NCBI GenBank assembly: GCA_038060895.1
Contig: JBBTCT010000001.1
Span: forward strand, 473,917 to 537,916
Length of the DNA: 64,000 nt
Source of the DNA: Planctomycetota bacterium
Lineage (GTDB): Bacteria > Planctomycetota > MHYJ01 > WSZJ01
Direction of reading: 5' to 3'
Shown piece after piece: positions 46,147 through 57,089 of the stretch (positions within the stretch are counted from its first letter, which is position 1; every line of letters starts with the position of its first letter). The notes under the pieces are model-generated. The model ran no database searches. It worked only from the letters and a program-made list of their open reading frames with translations, and had not been told where the DNA came from. The translations under genes and the position numbers were made by a program.

Positions 46147-48381
46147 ATGACGCCTCCCCTATCACCCTTGACGCGGCCCGGGCAACCAATCCCATCCGGT
46201 GAACGGCCGGCCGGCGACAGCGGCGCTCGCTCCGCACGTGCCGGCGGAGATACCCACATCGTCGCTCCCGCGCTCCCTTCCGCCGAAGGCCTTCCCCCGG
46301 AAGTTGCCAACGCACCCCCTTCGGCGCTTTTCGGGCGCTTCGTACGGGTCGCCCGCCTGGGGGCCGGGGGCATGGGCGAGGTCTACAAGGCGTGGGATCC
46401 GTCGCTTCGCCGCTGGGTCGCCCTCAAGGTCCTTCTCCGCGGCGCCGAGGAAGTCGCGCCCTGGTTCAAGCGGGAGGCGCGCCTCGCTGCGCAGCTTCAC
46501 CACCCCCGGCTCGTCGCCATCCACGAGGTCGGCGACGTCGATGGCCGGCTCTTCATCGCGATGCAGTTCGTCGAGGGAAAGACGCTCGACCGGCTCCGCG
46601 GCGCGACGCGGGAGCAGCTCGCTTCGCTGGTGCAGGAGGCGGCGGCCGCGATCGGGCACGCGCACGAGCAGGGGATCGTCCATCGCGACCTGAAGCCTGA
46701 GAATCTGATCGTCGAGAGCCGGCCCGTGGCGACGGGGGCGCCGGAGCCGGCATGGGAGCACCACATCTGCGTCCTCGACTTCGGCGTCGCGCGCGCGATG
46801 GGGTCTACGATGAAGCTGACCGCCGGGTGGGCGGCCGTCGGCACACCGCTTTACATGTCGCCGGAGCAGGCGCGCGGAGAAGCGCCGGAGCCGTCGAGCG
46901 ACGTGTACTCCCTCGGCGCGACGCTGTACGAGCTGCTCGTCGGTTCGCCCCCGATTCGCGGCATGAACATCCAGGAGACGGTCAAAATGGTGCAGAGCCT
47001 GGAGCCGGTGCCGCTTCGTGCCATCGACCCCACCATTCCCGCCGGGCTTGCTGCGGTCGTACACCGCTGCCTCGCGAAGGACCCGGGCGACCGTTACCCG
47101 AACGGCAACGCGCTCGCGGAAGATCTCGGCAGGTTCCTCGGCGGCGAGCCCGTGGAAGCGTCGGAGCGCGGACGGGCGTGGGGGGCCTGGAAATGGATCA
47201 TGCGGCGGAAGGGCCGCATCGCCGCCGCGGTGGTCCTGCTCGCGGTAGCGGTGATGGCGGGATTCACGATGGCCGGCTCTTCCCGCAAGGAGCGCGTTTC
47301 GCTCGAAAGGGTGCGCCGGCTCGATGGTCTCCATGGAATCGTTGCCGGAGACCTGAGCGAAGCGGCGGCGTGCTGGGCCGTCGGGGACGCGGCCGGCGCG
47401 GGTGCGGCGCTCGCGCGGGGGCAAGCTGCATGTCGCGAGGAATTGGCGCACGCGGAGACGGCTGAGGCGCGGCTGCTGCTCGGGGAAACCGCTCTTGCCA
47501 ACGGCGACCCTGACGCGGCGGAGCGCGAATTGACGCGTGCGCTCGAGCTTGATGCCGGACTGCCGGGTGCGCGGGTGCTGCGCGGGCTGGCGCGGACAAC
47601 CCGGAGAGACATCCTGAAGCGCCGCACGATTGGCAAGATCGGCGACGGACGGCTGTCACCGGGCCCTGCCATTCGGCCAACGACGGAAGAGCTGGAATTC
47701 AGTTTCCCGGAGTTGGGAATCCTGCGAAAGGGCGCCCTGGAGGATCTCGAAAACCTGGATGCCGCCGCCCGGCGCCTGTCCACGGAGCAGTTGGCGCTGG
47801 CGCTCGCGGCCCGGTCGCAACTCGGTTCCGACGCGAGTGGCGCGATGAATGCCGTGCGCGCGGCGATCCAACGTCCGCGCCCGTCGGCGGACCTTCTGGT
47901 CGTCGCCGCCAACGCCTCCCTTGAACTCGGGGATGGAGACGGGGCGAGGATGCACTCTGCCCGAGCCGTCGCTCTCTGGCCTGGATATGCAGGCGCCTGG
48001 CTCGCCCATGCGCGCGTCGCGAGCGCCTGCGCTGGAACGATCGATTCACCTGAACGGCGTGAACTCCTGCGGATGGCTTCCCAGTCGGCCGAGAAGGCGC
48101 AATTGCTGGGGGCCGAAATGCCTGAGGCCGCGCTGGTCCGCGGCACCGCCGATCTGATGCGGAAGGAGTTTGCGATTGCCGAAGCCGCGTTCACTTCCGC
48201 TCTCGGGAATGACCCCGACTGCGTGCTGGCCCTTCGCGGCCGCGCCGAGGCGCGAATCTGGCAAGGCCGAACCGGCGACGCCGTTCTGGACTACAAGGAA
48301 GCGCTGCGGCTGCTCCCGGAATCCTCCTGCCTGCGCAAACCCCTCGAGGATTTCCTCGCGGCGCAGCCTGGAGGACGATGA
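46147..48381 (+). CDS. Hanks-type Ser/Thr protein kinase with TM and TPR domain
   Basis: LGAGGMGEVY, VALK, HRDLKPEN, DFG, GTPLYMSPE and DVYSLG motifs; TM; TPRs. Confidence 0.93.
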   Translation: MTPPLSPLTRPGQPIPSGERPAGDSGARSARAGGDTHIVAPALPSAEGLPPEVANAPPSALFGRFVRVARLGAGGMGEVYKAWDPSLRRWVALKVLLRGAEEVAPWFKREARLAAQLHHPRLVAIHEVGDVDGRLFIAMQFVEGKTLDRLRGATREQLASLVQEAAAAIGHAHEQGIVHRDLKPENLIVESRPVATGAPEPAWEHHICVLDFGVARAMGSTMKLTAGWAAVGTPLYMSPEQARGEAPEPSSDVYSLGATLYELLVGSPPIRGMNIQETVKMVQSLEPVPLRAIDPTIPAGLAAVVHRCLAKDPGDRYPNGNALAEDLGRFLGGEPVEASERGRAWGAWKWIMRRKGRIAAAVVLLAVAVMAGFTMAGSSRKERVSLERVRRLDGLHGIVAGDLSEAAACWAVGDAAGAGAALARGQAACREELAHAETAEARLLLGETALANGDPDAAERELTRALELDAGLPGARVLRGLARTTRRDILKRRTIGKIGDGRLSPGPAIRPTTEELEFSFPELGILRKGALEDLENLDAAARRLSTEQLALALAARSQLGSDASGAMNAVRAAIQRPRPSADLLVVAANASLELGDGDGARMHSARAVALWPGYAGAWLAHARVASACAGTIDSPERRELLRMASQSAEKAQLLGAEMPEAALVRGTADLMRKEFAIAEAAFTSALGNDPDCVLALRGRAEARIWQGRTGDAVLDYKEALRLLPESSCLRKPLEDFLAAQPGGR

Positions 48382-48457
48382 CCGGAACAGCGATGCAGGA
48401 TTTCCCGGCATCGCCGTCCGGCCTGGGCCCCTGACCTGGCGGTTGGAGGAGGGAGGC

Positions 48458-49003
48458 CTACTCAGCGGCCTCCGGCCTGCTTCCTCCCGGCGAGGCCGGA
48501 ACCCCGTCTTCCCTCTTCCATTTGAAGCGGAACGAGCTGGCCATCCCCATCGACGTCCGCGAGAACGGCCACGCTTCCTGGAACGTAAACGTCCGGCCCT
48601 CCGAGATCAGCTCGACTTCGCGGAACTCGAGCGTCAGCGGCCTGTCGGGGTCATACGCGACGCGGAAGCTGACGGGTTTGTTCGTGAAGGTCTTCTTGCC
48701 GCGGAAGACGCCGAGCTGCGCGGTATAGACCTCGGTGCCCCCCCTGCGGACCGTCATGACGAGGTCCTTCGGATCGTCGGAGAGGGCGTTGCGGGTCCAA
48801 TCGGCCGAGTCGAGCAGGACGGATTCAAGCTCGACGCGGTACATCCCTCGCGCCATGGCGGCCTCTTCGGCGCGATTCACGACACGCTCCGCCGCGTTCC
48901 CCACAGGGGTTTCCCTTGCGAGCTTCTCGTAAAGCATGCCTCCCAGCATGCCGAAGGTCACGATGGCGATGAGTCCGAGCGTGCACTTGAGGAAGGTCTT
49001 CAT
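48458..49003 (-). CDS. Membrane-anchored beta-sandwich (C2-like) hypothetical protein
   Basis: SD GGAGG; N-terminal TM; alternating beta strands. Confidence 0.55.
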   Translation of the reverse strand: MKTFLKCTLGLIAIVTFGMLGGMLYEKLARETPVGNAAERVVNRAEEAAMARGMYRVELESVLLDSADWTRNALSDDPKDLVMTVRRGGTEVYTAQLGVFRGKKTFTNKPVSFRVAYDPDRPLTLEFREVELISEGRTFTFQEAWPFSRTSMGMASSFRFKWKREDGVPASPGGSRPEAAE

Positions 49004-49157
49004 GGTTCGATCCTCCAATGGCGGCCACGCGGATCGTGGCCGCGATTCTCGAGGATCAGGAGAGCAACGCGCGTGCCGCAGGCTCCCTGCACATGGGGCC
49101 GCGGCGACGGCCAGGACCCGGCAATACTTCCCTGCCCCGGAAGTTGTTACAACTCGA

Positions 49158-49279
49158 CCCCAGAGCGTGAAACAAATCTGGTGGGTCAGGCTGCGTCGGC
49201 CCCGTGGTGGTTACTTGCCGGGTTCTTCTTTTTCGGGCCGACTCCGCCCGAGCCACCAGATTTTTTTCACGCTCTGGGG
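49158..49279. repeat. 122-bp element with 45-bp imperfect terminal inverted repeats (MITE-like or structured RNA)
   Basis: Arms 49158-49202 and 49235-49279 are reverse complements at 40 of 45 positions. Confidence 0.75.
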
Positions 49280-49335
49280 CACAGCGACTTTTCTGAACGG
49301 ATTGCCTGAAGCCCGCCCGATTGTTTCACGAGCTC

Positions 49336-51573
49336 TTACGGATTCCTTCGGCAACTCTCCAGCGCCAGCAGGAACTCCTCCGCCCACGTCGCGGCCGTCG
49401 TGCGGTGGACGACCTTGAGGAGTTTCCCGTGTCGCTCGAGACGTTCGGCCGGCGGCATCCGGAGCGCCTTGTCCAGGTCCTTCGCCATTCCATCGAGGTG
49501 GTAGGGGTTCGTCAGGACCGCATCCTGCAGCTCTTCCGCGGCCCCCGCAAAACGTGACAGGAGCAGGACGCCCGGGCTCGCGGGGTCCTGCGCCGCGACG
49601 TATTCCTTCGCGACGAGGTTCATGCCGTCGCGAAGCGGCGTGACGTACCCGACGTCGGCGGCGCGGTAGAGCTGGGAGAGCTGGTTGCGGCCGTACGAGC
49701 GGTACAGGTACCGCACCGGCACCCACTTCGCTTCGCCGAATTCCCCGTTGATGCGCCCGACGGCGGTCTCGACCAGCGACCGCTGCTCGGCGTAGTCCGG
49801 GATGTCGGCGCGGGACGGGACGGAGACCTGCACGAGCGAGACCTTGCCGCGCCACTCCGGGAAGAGCTCGAGCATCCGGCCGAACGCGAGCAGCCGGTTC
49901 GGGATTCCTTTCGTGTAGTCGAGCCGGTCCACCCCGAGCACGAGCCGGCTGGGCGCAATGGCCTGGATCAGCGACGCGATTTCCTCGGCCATCCCCGGCT
50001 CCGGAGGTTCCTGGAACCCCTCGGGAATGATTCCGATCGGGAATGCCGCTGCGCGGATCCGGCGGCCGCGGTGCGCGATCGCGTCGTCCCCAAGCCGCGC
50101 GGGCGACAACACCCCGACGCACTGCCGGAAGTTGTCGACGAATCCCTTCGTATGGAACCCGATCAGGTCGTGCTCGAGCATCCCGTCGAGCAGCCGGTCG
50201 GCCCACGGGATCATCGAGAAGAGGTCGAGGCCGGGAAACGGGATGTGCAGGAACAGCCCGAGCGGCCCCCGGTGCCCACGCTTCCTGAGCGACGCCGCGA
50301 CGAGGAGCAGGTGGTAGTCGTGGATCCACACCGGTACGTCGGGATCGACGAGGCGCGAAGCCGCTTCCGCGAACGCTTCGTTCGCCTTCAGGTAACACTC
50401 CCATTCCCCGTCGGCGAACTTGACGCGGCCGGGGAAGGAATGGAAGAGCGGCCAGAGGGAGCTGTTGGAGAAACCGTTGTAGTACTTCTGCGACCACTCT
50501 TCCGGGAGGTCGATCCAGGCGAGGGGCGGCACGGATTCCTCGGCGAGCGAGACGGGCGCCGCGGTGTCGCCCCGGACCACGCGGCCGCTCCAGCCGAGCC
50601 AGAGCCCCTGGCGGGAGACGAGGGCGGGCTCGAGGGCGGAGACGAGCCCCCCGACGTTCGATTTCCTGGGTGTTCCCGGGACGTCCGGTGAGCGCTGGTC
50701 CGGGAGACGGTTGGAGATGGCAAGGAGGCGATGAACGGACCGCGCCGTCTGGACGGGCCGGGCCGGCGCCATGGGCCTGGGAAGCACGCGGGGCGCGGGC
50801 GTCAGTGATTCGAGACGGGCCGCCAGGATCCACTTCAGGAACTCCACGGTCTCCGCAGGCCCGTCGAGCCTCCATCGCGCGGCCGTGGCGCGCCACCGGT
50901 CGCCGCCGACCTGGACGCCTTCGTCCGAAGGGGCCAGCTCCCGGAACATGTCCTCGTCCGTGAGGTCGTCGCCGAGGGCGATGATGCGCGCGCCGGCCCC
51001 GGCGCGTTCGTGGATCCACGGGACTGCCCCCGACTTGCGGACCCGCCGGGCGCGGACCTCGAGGGCGTCCTCCCCCTCGAGGAGCTCGTAGCCCGTCCCG
51101 CGGAACGCGACGAACGACGCGTTCGCCTGGACGAAGAGACCGGTGCGCTCCCGGGGACGGATGCCGCGCGCGTGAAGGACAATCGACCATGTCTTCTTTT
51201 CGACCCAGGCTTTCTTGTACTGCGACGCGATCCGCTCGAAGTCGGCCGCCAGCGCGTCCAGCGCCCCGGGTTGCGCGGGGACCGGCGCCTGCCACGCCCC
51301 GTCCCCCCGCAGCCAGCCCCCGTGCTCCGCGACCAGCCAGACCCCCTGGGCCTCCGAGAAGAGCCCTTCGAGCGACTCCCGTGCGCGGCCGGAAACCACC
51401 GCGAGCGACAGGCCTGGAAGCGCCGCCATCTGCGCGAGCAGCGCTACGAGTTCCGCGTCGGGCCGGGCTTCCTCGGGGCGTGCCGCGAAGGGAATGAGCG
51501 TCCCGTCGAGATCCGTGAGGATCGCGAGGGGAGTATGGCGCGCCAGGGACGTCCAGAGCTCAGCGTTGTTCAA
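49336..51573 (-). CDS. Bifunctional trehalose-6-phosphate phosphatase / synthase (OtsB-OtsA order)
   Basis: N-terminal HAD DLDGTL, SGR, AEHG and GDDLTDED; C-terminal GT20 SNRLP, GGLVSAL, LWPLFH, WIHDYHL, FLHIPFP, DRLDYTKG and DGMNLVAKE. Confidence 0.93.
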   Translation of the reverse strand: MNNAELWTSLARHTPLAILTDLDGTLIPFAARPEEARPDAELVALLAQMAALPGLSLAVVSGRARESLEGLFSEAQGVWLVAEHGGWLRGDGAWQAPVPAQPGALDALAADFERIASQYKKAWVEKKTWSIVLHARGIRPRERTGLFVQANASFVAFRGTGYELLEGEDALEVRARRVRKSGAVPWIHERAGAGARIIALGDDLTDEDMFRELAPSDEGVQVGGDRWRATAARWRLDGPAETVEFLKWILAARLESLTPAPRVLPRPMAPARPVQTARSVHRLLAISNRLPDQRSPDVPGTPRKSNVGGLVSALEPALVSRQGLWLGWSGRVVRGDTAAPVSLAEESVPPLAWIDLPEEWSQKYYNGFSNSSLWPLFHSFPGRVKFADGEWECYLKANEAFAEAASRLVDPDVPVWIHDYHLLLVAASLRKRGHRGPLGLFLHIPFPGLDLFSMIPWADRLLDGMLEHDLIGFHTKGFVDNFRQCVGVLSPARLGDDAIAHRGRRIRAAAFPIGIIPEGFQEPPEPGMAEEIASLIQAIAPSRLVLGVDRLDYTKGIPNRLLAFGRMLELFPEWRGKVSLVQVSVPSRADIPDYAEQRSLVETAVGRINGEFGEAKWVPVRYLYRSYGRNQLSQLYRAADVGYVTPLRDGMNLVAKEYVAAQDPASPGVLLLSRFAGAAEELQDAVLTNPYHLDGMAKDLDKALRMPPAERLERHGKLLKVVHRTTAATWAEEFLLALESCRRNP

Positions 51574-53230
51574 GCCGGAACCAAAAGAAGTAATGGGGGG
51601 CGAGGGTGAACAGGACAGGATCGGTTCCCACGGGTGGGAGGGGGGCGCGGCCGATCAGCTCGACCGGAACCCGACCGAGCCATTCCGAGAGGTCGACGCG
51701 CGCGGGCTGAATGTAACGCGAGAGGTTGTTCAGGCACAGCACGGCCTGCCCTTCACTCTCGCGCACGAAGGCGAAGACCTTCGGATTGTCCGTCGGCAGC
51801 ACGCGCATTTTCGTGCCTCGGAAGAGCGGGTCCGCGCGGTGGACCTTGATCATCCGGCGCAGCCAGTTCAGGAACGACGTCGGCGTCCTCTGGTGGGAAT
51901 CGACATTGCGGCCCGCATAGTGGTACTCGGGATCGCTGATGACGGGCGCGTACAGCTTCTCAGACGCCGCCTCCGAGAATCCCGCGTTCAGCCCCGTCGT
52001 CCACTGCATCGGCGTACGAACGCCGTTGCGGTCCCCCAGGCGCAGGTCGTCCCCCATCCCGATCTCGTCCCCGTAGTAGAGCAGCGCGCAGCCTGGCAAG
52101 CTGAGGATGAGGCCGTACAGCAGCTCGATCTGACGCCTCCCGCCCTGCAGAAGCGGCCAGAGTCGGCGCCGGATGCCCAGGTTGAGCCGCATCTCCTTCG
52201 ATGCCGCATACGTGTCGAACATGTACGCCCGGTCCGCTTCGGAAACTGACTCCAGCGTCAGCTCGTCGTGGTTCCGCAGGAACATCGCCCACTGGCAGCC
52301 CTCGGGAAGCTCCGGCGTCGCTTTCAGCACGTCGAGAAGCGGTCGGCTGTCTTCCCGGCGTATCGCCAGGAACATCGCCGGCATCAGGGGGAAGTGAAAC
52401 GCGAGGTGGAACTCGTCGCCCGTTCCGAAATAGGGGGCCAGGTCTGCGGGCGGCTGGTTCGCCTCGGCGAGCAGCACGCGCGGCGGGGAGTACGAGTCCG
52501 CAACCTTGCGGATCTCCTTCAGGAAGGCATGCGTCTCCGGGAGATTCTCGCAGGTCGTCCCTTCCCGCTCGAACAGGTACGGCGCCGCGTCCACGCGGAA
52601 TCCGTCGACCCCGAGGTCGAGCCAGAAGCGGACGATCTCGAGCATTTCCCGGCGGACTTCCGGGTTGTCGTAGTTGAGGTCGGGCTGGTGGGGATAGAAG
52701 CGGTGCCAGTAGTGGAGCCCGCACTGCGGCTCGAGGGTCCAGTTGGATTTTTCCGTGTCGGAAAAGATGATCCGTGTCCCGGCGTACCGGTCGGGCGTCG
52801 GGCTCCACACGTAATAGTCGTGGTAGGGATGCCCGGGGCCCTTGCGCGCCGACTGAAACCAGGGGTGCTGGTCGCTGGTGTGGTTCACGACGAGGTCGGT
52901 GATGACCCGGATGCCGACGGCGTGCGCCCGGTCGAGCAGCTTCCGAAAATCGTCCAGCGTCCCCAGGTCGGGATGGATCTTGCGGAAATCCGAAATGTCG
53001 TACCCGTCGTCCCGAAGCGGGCTCGGGAAGATGGGAAGCAGCCAGATCGCGGTGATCCCGAGGTCGCGGATGTACTCCATGCGTTCGGCGAGACCGGGCA
53101 GGTCGCCGATCCCGTCACCGTTCGAATCGCGGAATGCGCGGACGTAGACCTCGTAAATGACCAGGTCCGAGTACCAGGGAGGCTTCACCCGGGGAATTGT
53201 CCCCGCGACGGCCACGGGATGCAAATCCAT
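51560..53230 (-). CDS. treS: Trehalose synthase (maltose alpha-D-glucosyltransferase, GH13)
   Basis: DSNGDGIGD, SPLRDDGYD, DLVVNHTSDQH, GFRVDA, LLAEANQ, FLRNHDELTLE, NLGIRRRL and DRNGVRTPMQW motifs. Confidence 0.93.
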   Translation of the reverse strand: MDLHPVAVAGTIPRVKPPWYSDLVIYEVYVRAFRDSNGDGIGDLPGLAERMEYIRDLGITAIWLLPIFPSPLRDDGYDISDFRKIHPDLGTLDDFRKLLDRAHAVGIRVITDLVVNHTSDQHPWFQSARKGPGHPYHDYYVWSPTPDRYAGTRIIFSDTEKSNWTLEPQCGLHYWHRFYPHQPDLNYDNPEVRREMLEIVRFWLDLGVDGFRVDAAPYLFEREGTTCENLPETHAFLKEIRKVADSYSPPRVLLAEANQPPADLAPYFGTGDEFHLAFHFPLMPAMFLAIRREDSRPLLDVLKATPELPEGCQWAMFLRNHDELTLESVSEADRAYMFDTYAASKEMRLNLGIRRRLWPLLQGGRRQIELLYGLILSLPGCALLYYGDEIGMGDDLRLGDRNGVRTPMQWTTGLNAGFSEAASEKLYAPVISDPEYHYAGRNVDSHQRTPTSFLNWLRRMIKVHRADPLFRGTKMRVLPTDNPKVFAFVRESEGQAVLCLNNLSRYIQPARVDLSEWLGRVPVELIGRAPLPPVGTDPVLFTLAPHYFFWFRLEQR

Positions 53231-53520
53231 CAGGCCCTTGGGGCGCTTCCGGGACGGTGGCTGACGAACCACACCATCGCCACGAAGAGCGCGCCTCCGA
53301 GGATGGACCAGAACACGGGGAAGGCCGTGCCGCCGATGTTGAGCATCAGTATCTCAGGCAACCCGAGCCCGCGGGCGAGCCACGTCCCGATCATCGCCCC
53401 GACGAACCCGATGGCGATGTCCGTGATGCAGCCTCCGTAGGAGTAGCCGGTGATTCCCTGGCTGACGGCCCCCGCAATGGCGGCGACCAGCAGAAGAAGA
53501 AGCAGGTCGATGACGGTCAT
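53230..53520 (-). CDS. GlsB/YeaQ/YmgE stress-response membrane protein
   Basis: Three Gly-rich TMs, IGFVGAMIG and WSILGGAL; TGATG coupling to treS. Confidence 0.8.
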   Translation of the reverse strand: MTVIDLLLLLLVAAIAGAVSQGITGYSYGGCITDIAIGFVGAMIGTWLARGLGLPEILMLNIGGTAFPVFWSILGGALFVAMVWFVSHRPGSAPRA

Positions 53521-53592
53521 GGCGCTTTCCTCCCGATTCCGGGGTGGCGTAATTCCGGGAGAAGCCGGGAGGAACCTGTGATCGGCTCCTCC

Positions 53593-54000
53593 CTACTTCT
53601 CCGCGACCTTTCGCGCTGCCACCGAGATTCCGAAGTGCTCCGTCGCCTTCAGGCCGTCGGGCCCCTCGACCGTGATGCTGGCCATGTGGTTGCCGACGAG
53701 CCTGGCGTCGGGAGCCGCGTGAAGAGTGAACACCTCGCGATCCTTGCCGGCAGCGATCGGGTTGACGCCGATGACGGAGATGCCGGCCGGGAGATTCTCG
53801 AATGCGACGCGGACGTCGCCGTCGAAGTTCTCCCTTCGAATCATCACGGGGATGTCGTTCGTCTCGCCCTGCTTCAGGGCCTGGTTCGCGGGCTTGAAGA
53901 GCGTGAGCTTCCTGCCGCCCGGGACTCCGGCCATCGACTTCTCACAGCCGATGCCGGCGGCCAGCAGCGCCAGGATGGCGAATCTCGTGATCGTCTTCAT
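53593..54000 (-). CDS. Ig-like lipoprotein
   Basis: Lipobox-like GIGC; LKQGET..I...RENFDGDV....NLPAGI beta-sandwich pattern; SD AAGGA. Confidence 0.7.
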   Translation of the reverse strand: MKTITRFAILALLAAGIGCEKSMAGVPGGRKLTLFKPANQALKQGETNDIPVMIRRENFDGDVRVAFENLPAGISVIGVNPIAAGKDREVFTLHAAPDARLVGNHMASITVEGPDGLKATEHFGISVAARKVAEK

Positions 54001-54062
54001 CGGATCTTCCTTTCTGTTCGCTCATGACGGACAGGAAAGACGTGACTTCGCTTTCCGGACCG

Positions 54063-54668
54063 CTACTCGACCATCGGGCCGGGGAAAAACATGGGCGTGT
54101 CTTCCATCTCCTCGAAGTGCGAATGGCCGGGTTCGCGGCCGCGCACGAGCTCGCGCATTCCGGCGACCGCCTCCCGCACTTCCTCCCCAGCGGCAAAGCC
54201 GAATTCGCGCGCGCCCTGGAGCGCTCCGCGCGACACGGCGAACACCGCTTCCGGGACGCTCAGGCCAAGCTCGCGCGCCCCCTCGGCCGCTCCCGCGACG
54301 AGGCCGCGCGTGGCGGCACCGATATCGCCGCCGGCCCGCCCGACCTGGCGGATGACCGACCTCGAGCTCACGGCCAGGGTCGTGAAGGCGGACCCGAGCT
54401 CGGACTTCCTGCCTCGAAGCACCCCGAGCGCAATGCCGCGGGCGGCTTCCACCGCGTCGTGGCCTACGCTGACCACGGCGCCGATCACGCCCGCCACGAT
54501 GTCGACGAGGACATCGCCTGCCTCGAGTGCCTCATGTCCGGCCTCCTTGATGAACTTCGTCGTCGACTCGGCAACGGCGCTCAGGAGGTCGCCGGTGTCA
54601 TTGACGACGCGAAGGGCTCCCTCCTTGAAACGATGGGGACCCGGTCTTTCGTTGCTGGAGTCAGTCAT
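54063..54668 (-). CDS. Gly/Ala-rich amphipathic helical hypothetical protein
   Basis: SD AAAGGAG; repeated A..G...GA.E helical units. Confidence 0.6.
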   Translation of the reverse strand: MTDSSNERPGPHRFKEGALRVVNDTGDLLSAVAESTTKFIKEAGHEALEAGDVLVDIVAGVIGAVVSVGHDAVEAARGIALGVLRGRKSELGSAFTTLAVSSRSVIRQVGRAGGDIGAATRGLVAGAAEGARELGLSVPEAVFAVSRGALQGAREFGFAAGEEVREAVAGMRELVRGREPGHSHFEEMEDTPMFFPGPMVE

Positions 54669-54710
54669 TTCGCTCTCCTTTGTGAGAACCCACGGATGGG
54701 ACCGGAAGTC

Positions 54711-54725
54711 GCAAAAGGCGTTCCT
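54711..54725 (-). promoter_or_regulatory. Putative sigma54 (-24/-12) promoter of the trehalose/stress operon
   Basis: AGGAACGCCTTTTGC = GG-N10-GC with TTGC; 42 nt upstream of ATG 54668; a sigma54 activator gene is adjacent. Confidence 0.6.
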
Positions 54726-54875
54726 GCGCGAATCCGCCGGCATCGATGCGTTCGAGACTCGAGAGGGAATGCAGACGGGAGTCTCGCTCTTCGAGACAGG
54801 CCCTGGCGTCGGCAAGATTGACCGGGAAGTCCCGTTGCAGGGTCCAGAACGGGTACTTGTTACCGGAGCAGGGGT

Positions 54876-56309
<1,434 letters not shown>

Positions 56310-56574
56310 ACACGCTCCTTCGCCTTGCGGCGGAGAAGCGCTTCACACCGCGTCGCGAGCGCGGTGGACACGGGAATTTTACTTCGAAGGAGAAGGCATG
56401 GATTTTCGATTCTCGATTCGGTCAGATTTTCCGGGAATCCCCTAGAGGCCACAGGTTAGTGGATTCTATGAGCCTGGATTCGGGGGGAGGGCCCGATGGT
56501 TTTTCGCCGCGGGGTGTCGTATTCATTGTCTCGCCTGGTATCGGAGCCACGAGTTCGATTCCAAAGGAGAATTC

Positions 56575-56847
56575 ATGTCGCTTCACGAGAAGATGTTCGC
56601 TCGCGTGGACTGCAGGCGGGAGCGGGTCAGCGCCGTGCTCGACGTGCTGCGTGGCTACCCGGATGCGGACTTCCGGATCTGCCAGGGAAAGCTGTCAAGG
56701 TCGGGAGCCCGGCTGGACCTTCTGCTCGCGGGCAAGCGCACTCTGATCGAGGAGGCGCTCTCATTGATCCGCAACCTCGGCGCCCGCGTCGAGATCATCC
56801 CGATGATGGAGCCCGACAGCCGTGTTGCCCTCAGCACTACCAATTGA
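56575..56847 (+). CDS. Stand-alone NIL/ACT-like domain protein
   Basis: SD AAAGGAG; FRICQGKL...LDLLLAG...IEEALSLIRNLGARVEII NIL-like pattern. Confidence 0.6.
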   Translation: MSLHEKMFARVDCRRERVSAVLDVLRGYPDADFRICQGKLSRSGARLDLLLAGKRTLIEEALSLIRNLGARVEIIPMMEPDSRVALSTTN

Positions 56848-57089
56848 AGCCCTGCCGCGTGAAAGAGAAGCTGCGCTCCTGCTCGCGGTGTGACGGCTGG
56901 GGATTCTGGTACCCCAACTCCACGAACGTGCACATCAACTGGCACATGGCCGCGCGCGTCCTCCCGGAAGAAGGGCTCCTCGGGGCGCCCGGCTTCCTGA
57001 CGACGCTGAGCATGCGCCAGCCCGTTCCCCTCGTGTGCCCTGAATGCGGCGGCAGGCCGGGTGAAATGTCGCCCCGGTTCAAGGGCTAG
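56844..57089 (+). CDS. Small DnaJ-type zinc-finger protein
   Basis: CSRCDGWG ... CPECGG; TTG overlaps the NIL stop; start uncertain. Confidence 0.4.
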   Translation: MKPCRVKEKLRSCSRCDGWGFWYPNSTNVHINWHMAARVLPEEGLLGAPGFLTTLSMRQPVPLVCPECGGRPGEMSPRFKG

